A stretch of DNA of 20,000 bases from an uncultured virus (IMG/VR IMGVR_UViG_3300015306_000001) (Duplodnaviria > Heunggongvirae > Uroviricota > Caudoviricetes). How positions within the stretch are numbered: position 1 is the stretch's first letter; each line of letters opens with the position of its first letter. Made by a program: the position numbers and the translations under genes. This document shows positions 8,243-15,665 of this stretch, piece after piece. Location: IMG/VR virus record IMGVR_UViG_3300015306_000001, one strand, 5' to 3'. Below the pieces are notes generated by a model that was given only the letters and a program-made list of their open reading frames with translations, made no database searches and was not told the origin of the DNA.

Positions 8243-8446
8243 ATGGCTTTCAAGGTAGGCGACAAGGTACGTTTCATTGGTTACGTCGGCGGCTCATCCG
8301 ACGACGAAATGCATCCGCCGATTGGAACTGTCGGGTTAATCGTAGGAATGTCACCGACTTTTCATGAGGTGGAATTTGATGCGTATCGCGGTAAGCTTTA
8401 CTTTTTTGCGGAAGAGCTTGAGCTAGTTGAAAGCGCGTCGAAATGA
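8243..8446 (+). CDS. small hypothetical protein (FKVGDKV, SH3/KOW-like)
   Basis: AAGGAG RBS; FKVGDKVR...F..EELELV pattern. Confidence 0.8.
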   Translation: MAFKVGDKVRFIGYVGGSSDDEMHPPIGTVGLIVGMSPTFHEVEFDAYRGKLYFFAEELELVESASK

Positions 8447-8646
8447 CCATCGAAAACGAAGAAGCCATCTGCCGCGCCGCAACCGCTCGCCAAATGGCCA
8501 TGGACTTGAATGAAGCGTTCCGTTGGTTCACGGCAAACGGCTATCAGGTTGACGCCCATATCGAAGGCGTTTTCACGGAAGCGATAGGATACAAGAGCAT
8601 AAGAACGCCGCGTTTGTCGGTTCGCGTTTGGCAGGAGGTTGAATGA
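8443..8646 (+). CDS. hypothetical protein
   Basis: 67 aa; ATGA overlaps at both ends. Confidence 0.72.
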   Translation: MTIENEEAICRAATARQMAMDLNEAFRWFTANGYQVDAHIEGVFTEAIGYKSIRTPRLSVRVWQEVE

Positions 8647-8822
8647 GGCAGCTAGTTTGCATTGAGAGTTCCGGCGAAAGCATAGAATTACCGAAGCGTT
8701 CCGCAATTTTGCGTATTGGCCAGACGGTTACAATAAGTGGCGAAAAATATGTAGCAAAGTCTTATGGAAAGATCGGTAAGAATTATCGGCACATACAAGT
8801 AGAAAGAAAAGATCATAGCTAG
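8643..8822 (+). CDS. small protein, paralogue A (59 aa, not in ORF track)
   Basis: MRQLVCIESSGESIELPKRSAILRIGQTVTISGEKYVAKSYGKIGKNYRHIQVERKDHS; AGGAGG RBS; homologous to the next ORF. Confidence 0.85.
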   Translation: MRQLVCIESSGESIELPKRSAILRIGQTVTISGEKYVAKSYGKIGKNYRHIQVERKDHS

Positions 8823-8823
8823 A

Positions 8824-8997
8824 ATGAAACAGTTCGTTTACATTGACGATACAGACGATGTTATCGAGCTTCCGAAGCGCGCCCGCGTTCTCCGTATCGG
8901 CCAAACCCTTAAGATTGACGGCGATGATTACGAAGCGTGGTACTCTGAAGAAGTTGGCAACACCCATCGCAATATTCGAGTGGAGCGGAAGGCATGA
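8824..8997 (+). CDS. small protein, paralogue B (57 aa, not in ORF track)
   Basis: MKQFVYIDDTDDVIELPKRARVLRIGQTLKIDGDDYEAWYSEEVGNTHRNIRVERKA; 27/57 identical to paralogue A without gaps. Confidence 0.85.
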   Translation: MKQFVYIDDTDDVIELPKRARVLRIGQTLKIDGDDYEAWYSEEVGNTHRNIRVERKA

Positions 8998-9188
8998 ATT
9001 GGCAAACCATTGAGACAGCGCCCAAAACCTGGGAAGACCTTTTGCTTTTTGTGCCGAACCTAAAATCTGATTGGCGCAAAGTTTGTGAGGGATATTTTAG
9101 CCCTGAAGATTCTTGCTGGTATTCACCTGCTTTTGGGGTTGTCTTTCCAACTCATTATATGGCTCTTCCAGAAGGCCCGAAGGAATGA
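8994..9188 (+). CDS. DUF551-like protein
   Basis: WQTIETAPK...PTHYMALPEGP. Confidence 0.85.
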   Translation: MNWQTIETAPKTWEDLLLFVPNLKSDWRKVCEGYFSPEDSCWYSPAFGVVFPTHYMALPEGPKE

Positions 9189-9436
9189 CTTGGAACCAAA
9201 TGAATTCCGCCCCTCGCGACGGCCAACCGATCATCGTATGTTGCGAGGAACCTGAAGAGGTCATAGATGGCCATAGCTTCCCGGCAGAGCGCACTTACCA
9301 TTTCGTGCGATACAAACCTAGTCCGCTCACGAATTCGCGCTATGGTGCCTTTGTGTGGCGACAAGTGAATGGCGACTCGTTGGCTGAGAATTGGCCGGTT
9401 GCGTGGAAACCTTTTGAGGAGTTTGGGGGATGGTGA
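9185..9436 (+). CDS. DUF551-like protein
   Basis: MTWNQMNSAPRDG...PVAWKP; ATGA overlap at 9185. Confidence 0.72.
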   Translation: MTWNQMNSAPRDGQPIIVCCEEPEEVIDGHSFPAERTYHFVRYKPSPLTNSRYGAFVWRQVNGDSLAENWPVAWKPFEEFGGW

Positions 9437-9678
9437 CGGACGAAGATATTTTGCAGGCTATGCGGAAAACAAAAATTGTTGGAAAAGCTGATCTTTCTGA
9501 TTTTCTCGATTATAACTTCGTTGATGCGAAGAGTCTTGGGGTTCGAACAAGTCTGCCTGACAGATGGCATTGGCACAGTGATATTCGCAAAGATGAGCTA
9601 GAAGATATGGAATTTGCTATTTTAAAACCTGTTTTAGAAACGGTTAAGAAGCTGCTTCAACAAGAGTCACAAAAATGA
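9430..9678 (+). CDS. hypothetical protein
   Basis: 82 aa; GAGGAG RBS; overlaps neighbours. Confidence 0.72.
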   Translation: MVTDEDILQAMRKTKIVGKADLSDFLDYNFVDAKSLGVRTSLPDRWHWHSDIRKDELEDMEFAILKPVLETVKKLLQQESQK

Positions 9679-9779
9679 CAGACACTCAGCTTTATTTTTA
9701 TGCCTTCGCCGTCCTATGTTTCATATCGGGTTTGTGTTGGGGCTACTATGGACCGTGGGGAGATCGCGATGAGCTTTGA
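9675..9779 (+). CDS. tiny single-TM protein (34 aa, not in ORF track)
   Basis: MTDTQLYFYAFAVLCFISGLCWGYYGPWGDRDEL; ATGA overlap. Confidence 0.5.
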   Translation: MTDTQLYFYAFAVLCFISGLCWGYYGPWGDRDEL

Positions 9780-9820
9780 AGCGCGTTCGGTCTTGTTGTT
9801 GGCTATGTGATTTGGGGTGG

Positions 9821-9979
9821 ATGATGGAAAATCTCTCTTTTGTTTTGCTGGTTATTAATTTGCTTTGCTGGCTTGGCTCAGGTCTTTATGGGATCGCGGT
9901 TGCCGGTCCCGGTAAATGGGACAAGGCAGCATTCTTTATCGCGCTCAGTGTTTGGTTCTTTCAGGGTGTGCATAATTGA
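9821..9979 (+). CDS. small membrane protein
   Basis: MMENLSFVLLVINLLCW...; two hydrophobic segments; stop overlaps the helicase start. Confidence 0.6.
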   Translation: MMENLSFVLLVINLLCWLGSGLYGIAVAGPGKWDKAAFFIALSVWFFQGVHN

Positions 9980-11616
9980 TGCTTGTAATTGATGACAATC
10001 GCGCCGTCTGGCAAAAAGCCGACCTGAAGAGCGTCGTAGGCTTCAGCGCGCGCCTTGAAGGCCGAAAGGCTTTCGGACAGGGCGGGTCTTTCCGTTTTGA
10101 ACCGACTGGATCGAACATCGATCTTTTCCGCCAACGTTTTCCTGATGTTCCTATCGAGGACAATCGCCAGGACTTGTCGGCTTTCGTAGATGTTGAAGTG
10201 GCGGCTGAAAGGCCGCTGTTTTCGTTCAAAACGCAACCTTATCCGCATCAGATCAAGGCTTTTGAAAAGCTTCGCGATAAGACGGCCTTCGCCCTTCTGC
10301 TTGAAATGGGCCTTGGAAAGTCAAAATGCCTCTCCGATATCATTGCCTACAAATGGTGCAAAGGTGAGATTGATGCAGCAATCATCTTGAGTCCGAAAGG
10401 CGTTCATTCACAGTGGGTTGATGAACAACTACCTACGCATATGAGCGTGCCTTTTAGTGCGTGGGCTTGGGAGAAGAATAAAACGGCTCTGGCTGCTTTC
10501 GAGCAAATGCTTGGCGCGGATGTCTTGCAGATAGTCACGATGAACGTTGACGCGATTAAAGGCAAAGACGGCGCTGCGCTTTTGGAACGCTTCATCGCGC
10601 ATCATAAAGGCCGCGTTCTTTTTGCCTCTGATGAAATCCACAATCTGAAGAACCCCTCATCGCAGCGCTCGAAGCTTGCATATGCTCTCAGCCGTAAATG
10701 CGTGGCGCGGGCTGGTTTGACGGGAAGTCCTATCGCGAACAACATCGCTGACGTTTTTGGCGAATTTAAATTCTTGGATGAGCGTATTATCGGAAACAAG
10801 TATTTTAGTTCTTTCCGAAGCGAATATTGTGTTTGTCGAGATAACGGGTTTGGGCTTGTCATCACTGGCGCTAAGAATCTAGATAAGCTTTATGCGAAGA
10901 TCGATCCCTATGTTTTCCGGGCGACCAAAGATGAACTTGATCTTCCGCCAAAAATCTACGACACTTATCAATTCGAATTGAGCGACGAGCAAAAGAAGCA
11001 TTACAAGGATATTAAGCAATCTTTCTTGACAAAGATTGATGAGAATACGACGATTACCGTTGCAAATGCGGCAAGCGCGATTGTGCGTCTCCAGCAAATC
11101 TCTTCAGGATATCTGCCGCAAGAAGATGGTTCTATTGTCCAGATGCCAAACCCTCGCCTGGAGGCACTTCTAAATATCTTGGAATCGATTGAAGGGCGTG
11201 CGATCATTTGGGCGCGTTTCACCGTAGATATTCAATCAATCGCTAAGGCTTTGGGAAAGCGCTGCGTAACGTATTATGGCGATACGACACCCGCTGAGCG
11301 GGAAAAGGCGCGGGAAGCGTTTCTTGATCCTAATAGCGGTATCGAATATTTCGTCTCAAATCCTGCGGCTGGCGGAACCGGCCTCAATCTCCAGGGCGCT
11401 TGCCAGACGGCTATTTATTACAGCAACTCGTTCAACGCTACAGAGCGCTGGCAGTCTGAAGATCGAATTCACCGCATTGGAACGAAGGGTGCCGTGACCT
11501 ATATTGACCTTGTCGCGAAGGCCACAGTAGATACGAAGATTTTGGCCAATCTTCGGTCCAAGAAGTCGCTTAGCGATTACGCCATTGACGAGATTCGGAA
11601 GGAGTTCTTTGAATGA
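9976..11616 (+). CDS. SNF2-family (superfamily 2) helicase
   Basis: PHQ Q-motif, EMGLGKS Walker A, DEIH, LTGSPI, GTGLNL, QSEDRIHRIG; start TTG 9976 or ATG 9979. Confidence 0.95.
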   Translation: MMLVIDDNRAVWQKADLKSVVGFSARLEGRKAFGQGGSFRFEPTGSNIDLFRQRFPDVPIEDNRQDLSAFVDVEVAAERPLFSFKTQPYPHQIKAFEKLRDKTAFALLLEMGLGKSKCLSDIIAYKWCKGEIDAAIILSPKGVHSQWVDEQLPTHMSVPFSAWAWEKNKTALAAFEQMLGADVLQIVTMNVDAIKGKDGAALLERFIAHHKGRVLFASDEIHNLKNPSSQRSKLAYALSRKCVARAGLTGSPIANNIADVFGEFKFLDERIIGNKYFSSFRSEYCVCRDNGFGLVITGAKNLDKLYAKIDPYVFRATKDELDLPPKIYDTYQFELSDEQKKHYKDIKQSFLTKIDENTTITVANAASAIVRLQQISSGYLPQEDGSIVQMPNPRLEALLNILESIEGRAIIWARFTVDIQSIAKALGKRCVTYYGDTTPAEREKAREAFLDPNSGIEYFVSNPAAGGTGLNLQGACQTAIYYSNSFNATERWQSEDRIHRIGTKGAVTYIDLVAKATVDTKILANLRSKKSLSDYAIDEIRKEFFE

Positions 11617-12179
11617 TTTTATGTGGAATGACGTGGCATGAATTAAACAATTTCATTCGATGCGATTTTGATAAAGGCTTGATTTTCTGGAAAATAAGAA
11701 GTAGTCAATCCTTCAAAACCGATGGAGTTATCGGGCCAGAAAGAGCGGCTAAAATTTGGAATAGCAGATACGCTGAAAAACTTGCTTTCAATAATGATGA
11801 TGGGTCTGGATATAGAAGGGGCTGCATCTTTAAAAAGCAGGAACGGGCTCATCGAATTCTATGGTTTATGCGGTATGGAAAAGTTCCTGATTTCATCGAT
11901 CACATTGATGGGAATAGATCAAACAATTCTATTGACAATCTTCGAGAAGTGACTAAACTAGAAAACTGTAGAAACGCTTCTCTGCGGAAAGATAGTCCAA
12001 TAGGACAAACAGGCATTAGCAAAACGTCAAATGGAAGGTGGATAGCTGCCATTACGGTTGATCGAAAGAACATTCGTCTTGGAACTTTTGATGAACTAGC
12101 AAACGCAATTGTAGCCAGAAAGCAAGCTGAAGCAGATTTTGGCTTTCACAAAAACCATGGGAAAGAAAAATGCAAGTAG
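11613..12179 (+). CDS. HNH-AP2 homing endonuclease
   Basis: AHRILW...IDHIDGNRSNNSIDNLR, AP2-like GRWIAAI...RLGTF, GFHKNHG end; low GC. Confidence 0.92.
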   Translation: MILCGMTWHELNNFIRCDFDKGLIFWKIRSSQSFKTDGVIGPERAAKIWNSRYAEKLAFNNDDGSGYRRGCIFKKQERAHRILWFMRYGKVPDFIDHIDGNRSNNSIDNLREVTKLENCRNASLRKDSPIGQTGISKTSNGRWIAAITVDRKNIRLGTFDELANAIVARKQAEADFGFHKNHGKEKCK

Positions 12180-12397
12180 GTTCGAGGATTCAAGCTCTAG
12201 TTGATTATATCGCTCCTGATGAAGCTGAGCGTTTTGATTGGGGGTGGTTCCCTTTGTGTGGTGATACAGGTGTTATTCTAAATTCTTTTACAACAGAATC
12301 GGGAGCGCTAGCCTTCGATGTTAAGTTTGACGAAGATGACCTCCCGAACGAATCCTGGCCCTACCTTGCCAGCGAAATCGAGGAGATCGACGCATGA
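12170..12397 (+). CDS. hypothetical acidic protein (SH3-like pattern)
   Basis: MQVGSRI...GDTGVI...VKFD...EIEEI. Confidence 0.7.
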   Translation: MQVGSRIQALVDYIAPDEAERFDWGWFPLCGDTGVILNSFTTESGALAFDVKFDEDDLPNESWPYLASEIEEIDA

Positions 12398-12744
12398 GCC
12401 CCGCCCTGTTCCTTGCACTGTCTATCATCGGAACGCCCGTTCAAGCCCCTGTTGAGAATGAGGCAGAAAAGTTCGTCAAAAACATGATCGAGGCTTCGAT
12501 TGATTATTGCCGCAATCAATCGAACGGCGTTGAGGGCGATATGTATTTCGAGTGCATTGAAAGGCAACAAACCGATTTTTCTCGTCTTCAGGAATCGGTT
12601 AGTGCCTTGGACGGTTTGAACGAAAACGTCGCTTCTGTGTTTGTCGGATGCGTTCAGTCAACCGTTGAACCAACCGGCTTGCAAATGAGCGCTGTTCGTG
12701 CTTGTTTCGAAAAGCAGATGGGTCTTGCAAGGATTGGTTTTTAA
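12394..12744 (+). CDS. putative exported protein with four Cys
   Basis: Hydrophobic N-terminus ending VQA; two Cys pairs; GAGGAG RBS. Confidence 0.72.
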   Translation: MSPALFLALSIIGTPVQAPVENEAEKFVKNMIEASIDYCRNQSNGVEGDMYFECIERQQTDFSRLQESVSALDGLNENVASVFVGCVQSTVEPTGLQMSAVRACFEKQMGLARIGF

Positions 12745-12745
12745 T

Positions 12746-12922
12746 ATGTTCTACGATGATGAAGAATTCACAGAATCTTTTTGGCAGCACCGTTCGGCTG
12801 AGGCCGAAAACATGGTTTGTGAATTAGTGGAATGGATCGAAACAATCGAAGACGATATCTATATGGATGAGGAGGCTCTAACTCTTCTTGCCCGTGCAAA
12901 AGAAGTGGCGTGTCGGCCATGA
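12746..12922 (+). CDS. acidic hypothetical protein
   Basis: MFYDDEEFTESFW...; ATG just after the upstream stop; ATGA overlap downstream. Confidence 0.65.
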   Translation: MFYDDEEFTESFWQHRSAEAENMVCELVEWIETIEDDIYMDEEALTLLARAKEVACRP

Positions 12923-13230
12923 CCGATGCTCGGAGCGATCTTCTTTTCAATGAAGCCGAAGCACATATTGACCGCATGTGCGCTTCATTAGCTGATTTGG
13001 CACGCACTTTTAGTTATCGTGTTGAGAGCGGTTGCCTTCAAGACAGAATTCATGACATCTTCACGACCGCTTACCGTGATGAAGTGGAATCAATCTTTGA
13101 GCGTGAAGAGCGGGAACTAGCGTTCCGCCATTCTGGTGAAGCTGCTTCCGAAAATAAAGCTGATGACGCTCACGATCGGATGTGGTACAAGCGTTTGATG
13201 GATACGAGCAAGGACAAGTTAGATGATTGA
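12919..13230 (+). CDS. hypothetical protein
   Basis: MTDARSD...; coupled to neighbours. Confidence 0.7.
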   Translation: MTDARSDLLFNEAEAHIDRMCASLADLARTFSYRVESGCLQDRIHDIFTTAYRDEVESIFEREERELAFRHSGEAASENKADDAHDRMWYKRLMDTSKDKLDD

Positions 13231-14644
13231 TAATACAAACGACACCTCCACGCCTCCCATGAGCACCGAGAGCGTGAAGAGCAAAGCAATGGAGGAAGCG
13301 ATCCGATACGCAGAGATCGGTGAATACCTCTACTCGGCTTGTGCCTATAGCCACGGTGACGGCTACACTGAGCCGCGCGAATACGGCATTGAATGGCAGT
13401 GGCAGCAATCCAAGCCCGACGAGTACGGGCAAGGCACGTTGCTGGCGGCTTCAACGGCTTGGCACAATGAGCAGGCCGCCGATGGGAGCCCGACCGAAGC
13501 CACCAAGCTTCGCGCCGCCCTCTCCGCATCAAACCCCGCCAAGGAAGGCGGGGAAGCGGGGGTGGTGGAGCGCCTGAAAGACGCGATCGAAGGTGAATGC
13601 GACGGGCTCGCTATATCGGACGAGCAAGCCGCCGCCATTCTGGCGCATGTCGCCCTCCCCGAAGCGACGGCGGCCCCTGCCACCCAGCCGGGAGAGGCCG
13701 TGCGGGAGGCGGTAGCTTGCTTTTTGGCTGAGGGCGACAGCAGGAGCGAAGTTCGCTGCCGACATTGCAACAGCACAGATGACACGATCGCTTGCCATCC
13801 TGGCGGTGGGCATGACTTCGATCCGACAGGCGAAACAGTTTGGGAGTTTCGAGAAAGTCATGTTGCCGCCCTCCGCGCCGCCCTCTCCGTTCCATCCCCT
13901 GCCGGGGAGGCGGGGGCGTTCCATCCACTCGTTCTCGCTGAGTTGGGCCGTCTCAAGCACCAGTACGCAAAAGACCGCCCCGAAGGCGTCGAATTGCAAC
14001 GGTGGGCTCACGCAATGGACCGCGCCCTGAGCGGCGTTATCCCCGAAGCGACGGCGGCCCCTGCCACCCAGCCGGCAGATGCCGTGCGGGAGGCGCTGGA
14101 AGCTGCGGCCGACCGAGCGTGGGTTCTTGCGAAGAGTGGGGCCACAGCAGGCCAGATAGCTCATGCAGTCGCCCTCACCGAGCCAGCCCCGGCCGGGGAG
14201 GTAGTGGAGCCGGTCGCGCTCCTTTATGAGTGGACAGATAGATGGGGGGACACTCAGCAGGGCCTTTGCTTCAACACGCCCGCAGACCGAGTGACCAAAA
14301 TCAATGACCAGCCGCCGCGTTACATCGGCGGTCTCTACGCCCACCCCGCCCCCGAAGACACCGCGCGCCTGCGGGAGGATTTGGAGCAAGCGAAGCGCGA
14401 TCGGGACATGTTCTCCGACTGGTTCAAAGCTGAGCGTGAAGAAAAGCTCGCTATCGAGCGCGACCGTGACGATGCGCGGAAGGCGCTGGAGACTGTCGCG
14501 AACAGCCTGGACAGCGCCTTAAGCGACGTGCGCTACCAGCCGGGTGATCATCCGGTTGTCCCGATCAAGCACGACACGTTCGTCGGAGCCGTTCGCCTGA
14601 TCGCTTCCGCCGCCCGCTCCGCTTCCAGCCAGGGAGGCGAGTGA
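13223..14644 (+). CDS. mosaic multi-module protein with repeated Ala/Pro-rich linkers (Ead/Ea22-region-like)
   Basis: 473 aa; LRAALS..PA..GEAG x2 plus ALTEPAPAGEVVEPVA, PEATAAPATQP..AVREA x2, LYAHPAP; GC-rich. Confidence 0.8.
   Translation: MIDNTNDTSTPPMSTESVKSKAMEEAIRYAEIGEYLYSACAYSHGDGYTEPREYGIEWQWQQSKPDEYGQGTLLAASTAWHNEQAADGSPTEATKLRAALSASNPAKEGGEAGVVERLKDAIEGECDGLAISDEQAAAILAHVALPEATAAPATQPGEAVREAVACFLAEGDSRSEVRCRHCNSTDDTIACHPGGGHDFDPTGETVWEFRESHVAALRAALSVPSPAGEAGAFHPLVLAELGRLKHQYAKDRPEGVELQRWAHAMDRALSGVIPEATAAPATQPADAVREALEAAADRAWVLAKSGATAGQIAHAVALTEPAPAGEVVEPVALLYEWTDRWGDTQQGLCFNTPADRVTKINDQPPRYIGGLYAHPAPEDTARLREDLEQAKRDRDMFSDWFKAEREEKLAIERDRDDARKALETVANSLDSALSDVRYQPGDHPVVPIKHDTFVGAVRLIASAARSASSQGGE
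13656..14095 (+). repeat. 56-bp direct repeat (13656-13711 and 14040-14095)
   Basis: tccccgaagcgacggcggcccctgccacccagccgg(g/c)aga(g/t)gccgtgcgggaggcg; 54/56 identical. Confidence 0.95.
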
Positions 14645-14943
14645 TGGAGCGCAACGACCTGATCCAGCGGCTGCGGCACTTGGTTTCGCTCAACGAGCCC
14701 CGCAATGGAGGGCCTTACCAAGGCACAGCCGCGCTCGCTTGCGTAGACGCTATGCGCGAAGCCGCCGCCACCATCGAACGCCTCACAGCCGAGAAGGAGG
14801 AGGCGGAGCGGGACGCGATAGAGAAGTGCGCGAAGATCGCAGACCAAGAAGCAGAATGGTGGGGCTTCGATGCAGGTTCAAGCGCACGGGTCGCAGCTTC
14901 GCGCATCCGCCAAACTCTCTCCCAAGGAGGCGAGCATGAGTGA
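14641..14943 (+). CDS. hypothetical phage protein
   Basis: DLIQRLR...EAAATIERL...AIEKCAKIAD motifs common in proteobacterial phage accessory regions; GGAGG RBS. Confidence 0.78.
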   Translation: MMERNDLIQRLRHLVSLNEPRNGGPYQGTAALACVDAMREAAATIERLTAEKEEAERDAIEKCAKIADQEAEWWGFDAGSSARVAASRIRQTLSQGGEHE

Positions 14944-15220
14944 CGGCTACTTCAGCCATGGCGGCGAGTACAAGAAGGCCGATGGCATACAGCGTGACAA
15001 ATGCTGCGCGACCTGTGCCTTCAAAGCCGGCCCCGGCACCGTCCGGCCCGAGGGTGTGACGATCGCGGACGTGTGGGCAGAAACAGAGGATTGCTTTGAC
15101 TTCGTATGCCACACGCCTGGCCCGGATGGTTGGCATCCGTCCTGCCCAGGCTGGCATGCGATGAAAGCGGACCAGGCTCCCGCTGGCCGAGCCGCCCTTT
15201 CCCGTGAGGAGGGGCGGTGA
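14936..15220 (+). CDS. Cys/His-rich putative Zn-binding protein
   Basis: CxxCxF...FxCH...CxGW; AAGGAGG RBS before ATG 14936. Confidence 0.75.
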   Translation: MSDGYFSHGGEYKKADGIQRDKCCATCAFKAGPGTVRPEGVTIADVWAETEDCFDFVCHTPGPDGWHPSCPGWHAMKADQAPAGRAALSREEGR

Positions 15221-15244
15221 TGAAAATCAAAAAGGAGAAACGGA

Positions 15245-15637
15245 ATGGAAATTAACGAAGAACATATGAACGATTGGTTCACGAAGTTTCATCTTCATGG
15301 ACCATGGCCATTTAGCGCTGTTATCCATCGCTTCACGCAAGCAGATGGCAATGGCGACCCGCACGACCATCCATGGCAATTTCGATCCATCATTCTGAAG
15401 GGTGGATATCGCGAAGAAATCTTCGATCTTGCGGGCAATTCTTCTTTTATTGATAGGCGGGTGGGAGATAGCTTCGTTAACCACGCCACGCATATTCACA
15501 GGATTGTAGAGCTATTCGAAGATGAATGCTGGACTCTGATTCTACCGGAAGGCGCTTCAAAGAAATCCGGCTTTTATCAGTTTCGAGATGACGGCACTTA
15601 TTTCAGGTATTGGGACGGCGATTGGAATCGTCTATAA
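15245..15637 (+). CDS. cupin-like phage protein
   Basis: HDHPWxFxSxILxGGYxE...HRI...WTL; AAGGAG RBS. Confidence 0.8.
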   Translation: MEINEEHMNDWFTKFHLHGPWPFSAVIHRFTQADGNGDPHDHPWQFRSIILKGGYREEIFDLAGNSSFIDRRVGDSFVNHATHIHRIVELFEDECWTLILPEGASKKSGFYQFRDDGTYFRYWDGDWNRL

Positions 15638-15640
15638 ACG

Positions 15641-15665
15641 AAAGGCCCCGAAAGGGGCCTTTTTT
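15641..15665. terminator. intrinsic terminator between convergent genes, probably bidirectional
   Basis: AAAGGCCCC-GAAA-GGGGCCTTTTTT. Confidence 0.9.

Noticed and set aside
13500..14220. CRISPR-like or DGR-like reading of the repeats
   Set aside because: Repeats are in-frame coding, few and unevenly spaced; the two mismatches are not adenine-specific; no cas or reverse transcriptase gene in the window.
13529..14389. 286-aa minus-strand ORF and other overlapping ORFs in the GC-rich island
   Set aside because: Expected shadow frames at high GC; the plus-strand frame has the coupling signals and recognisable linkers.
15220..15255. Mini-ORF MKIKKEKRNGN at the right edge of the island
   Set aside because: Only 11 codons; best explained as a junction remnant containing the cupin RBS.
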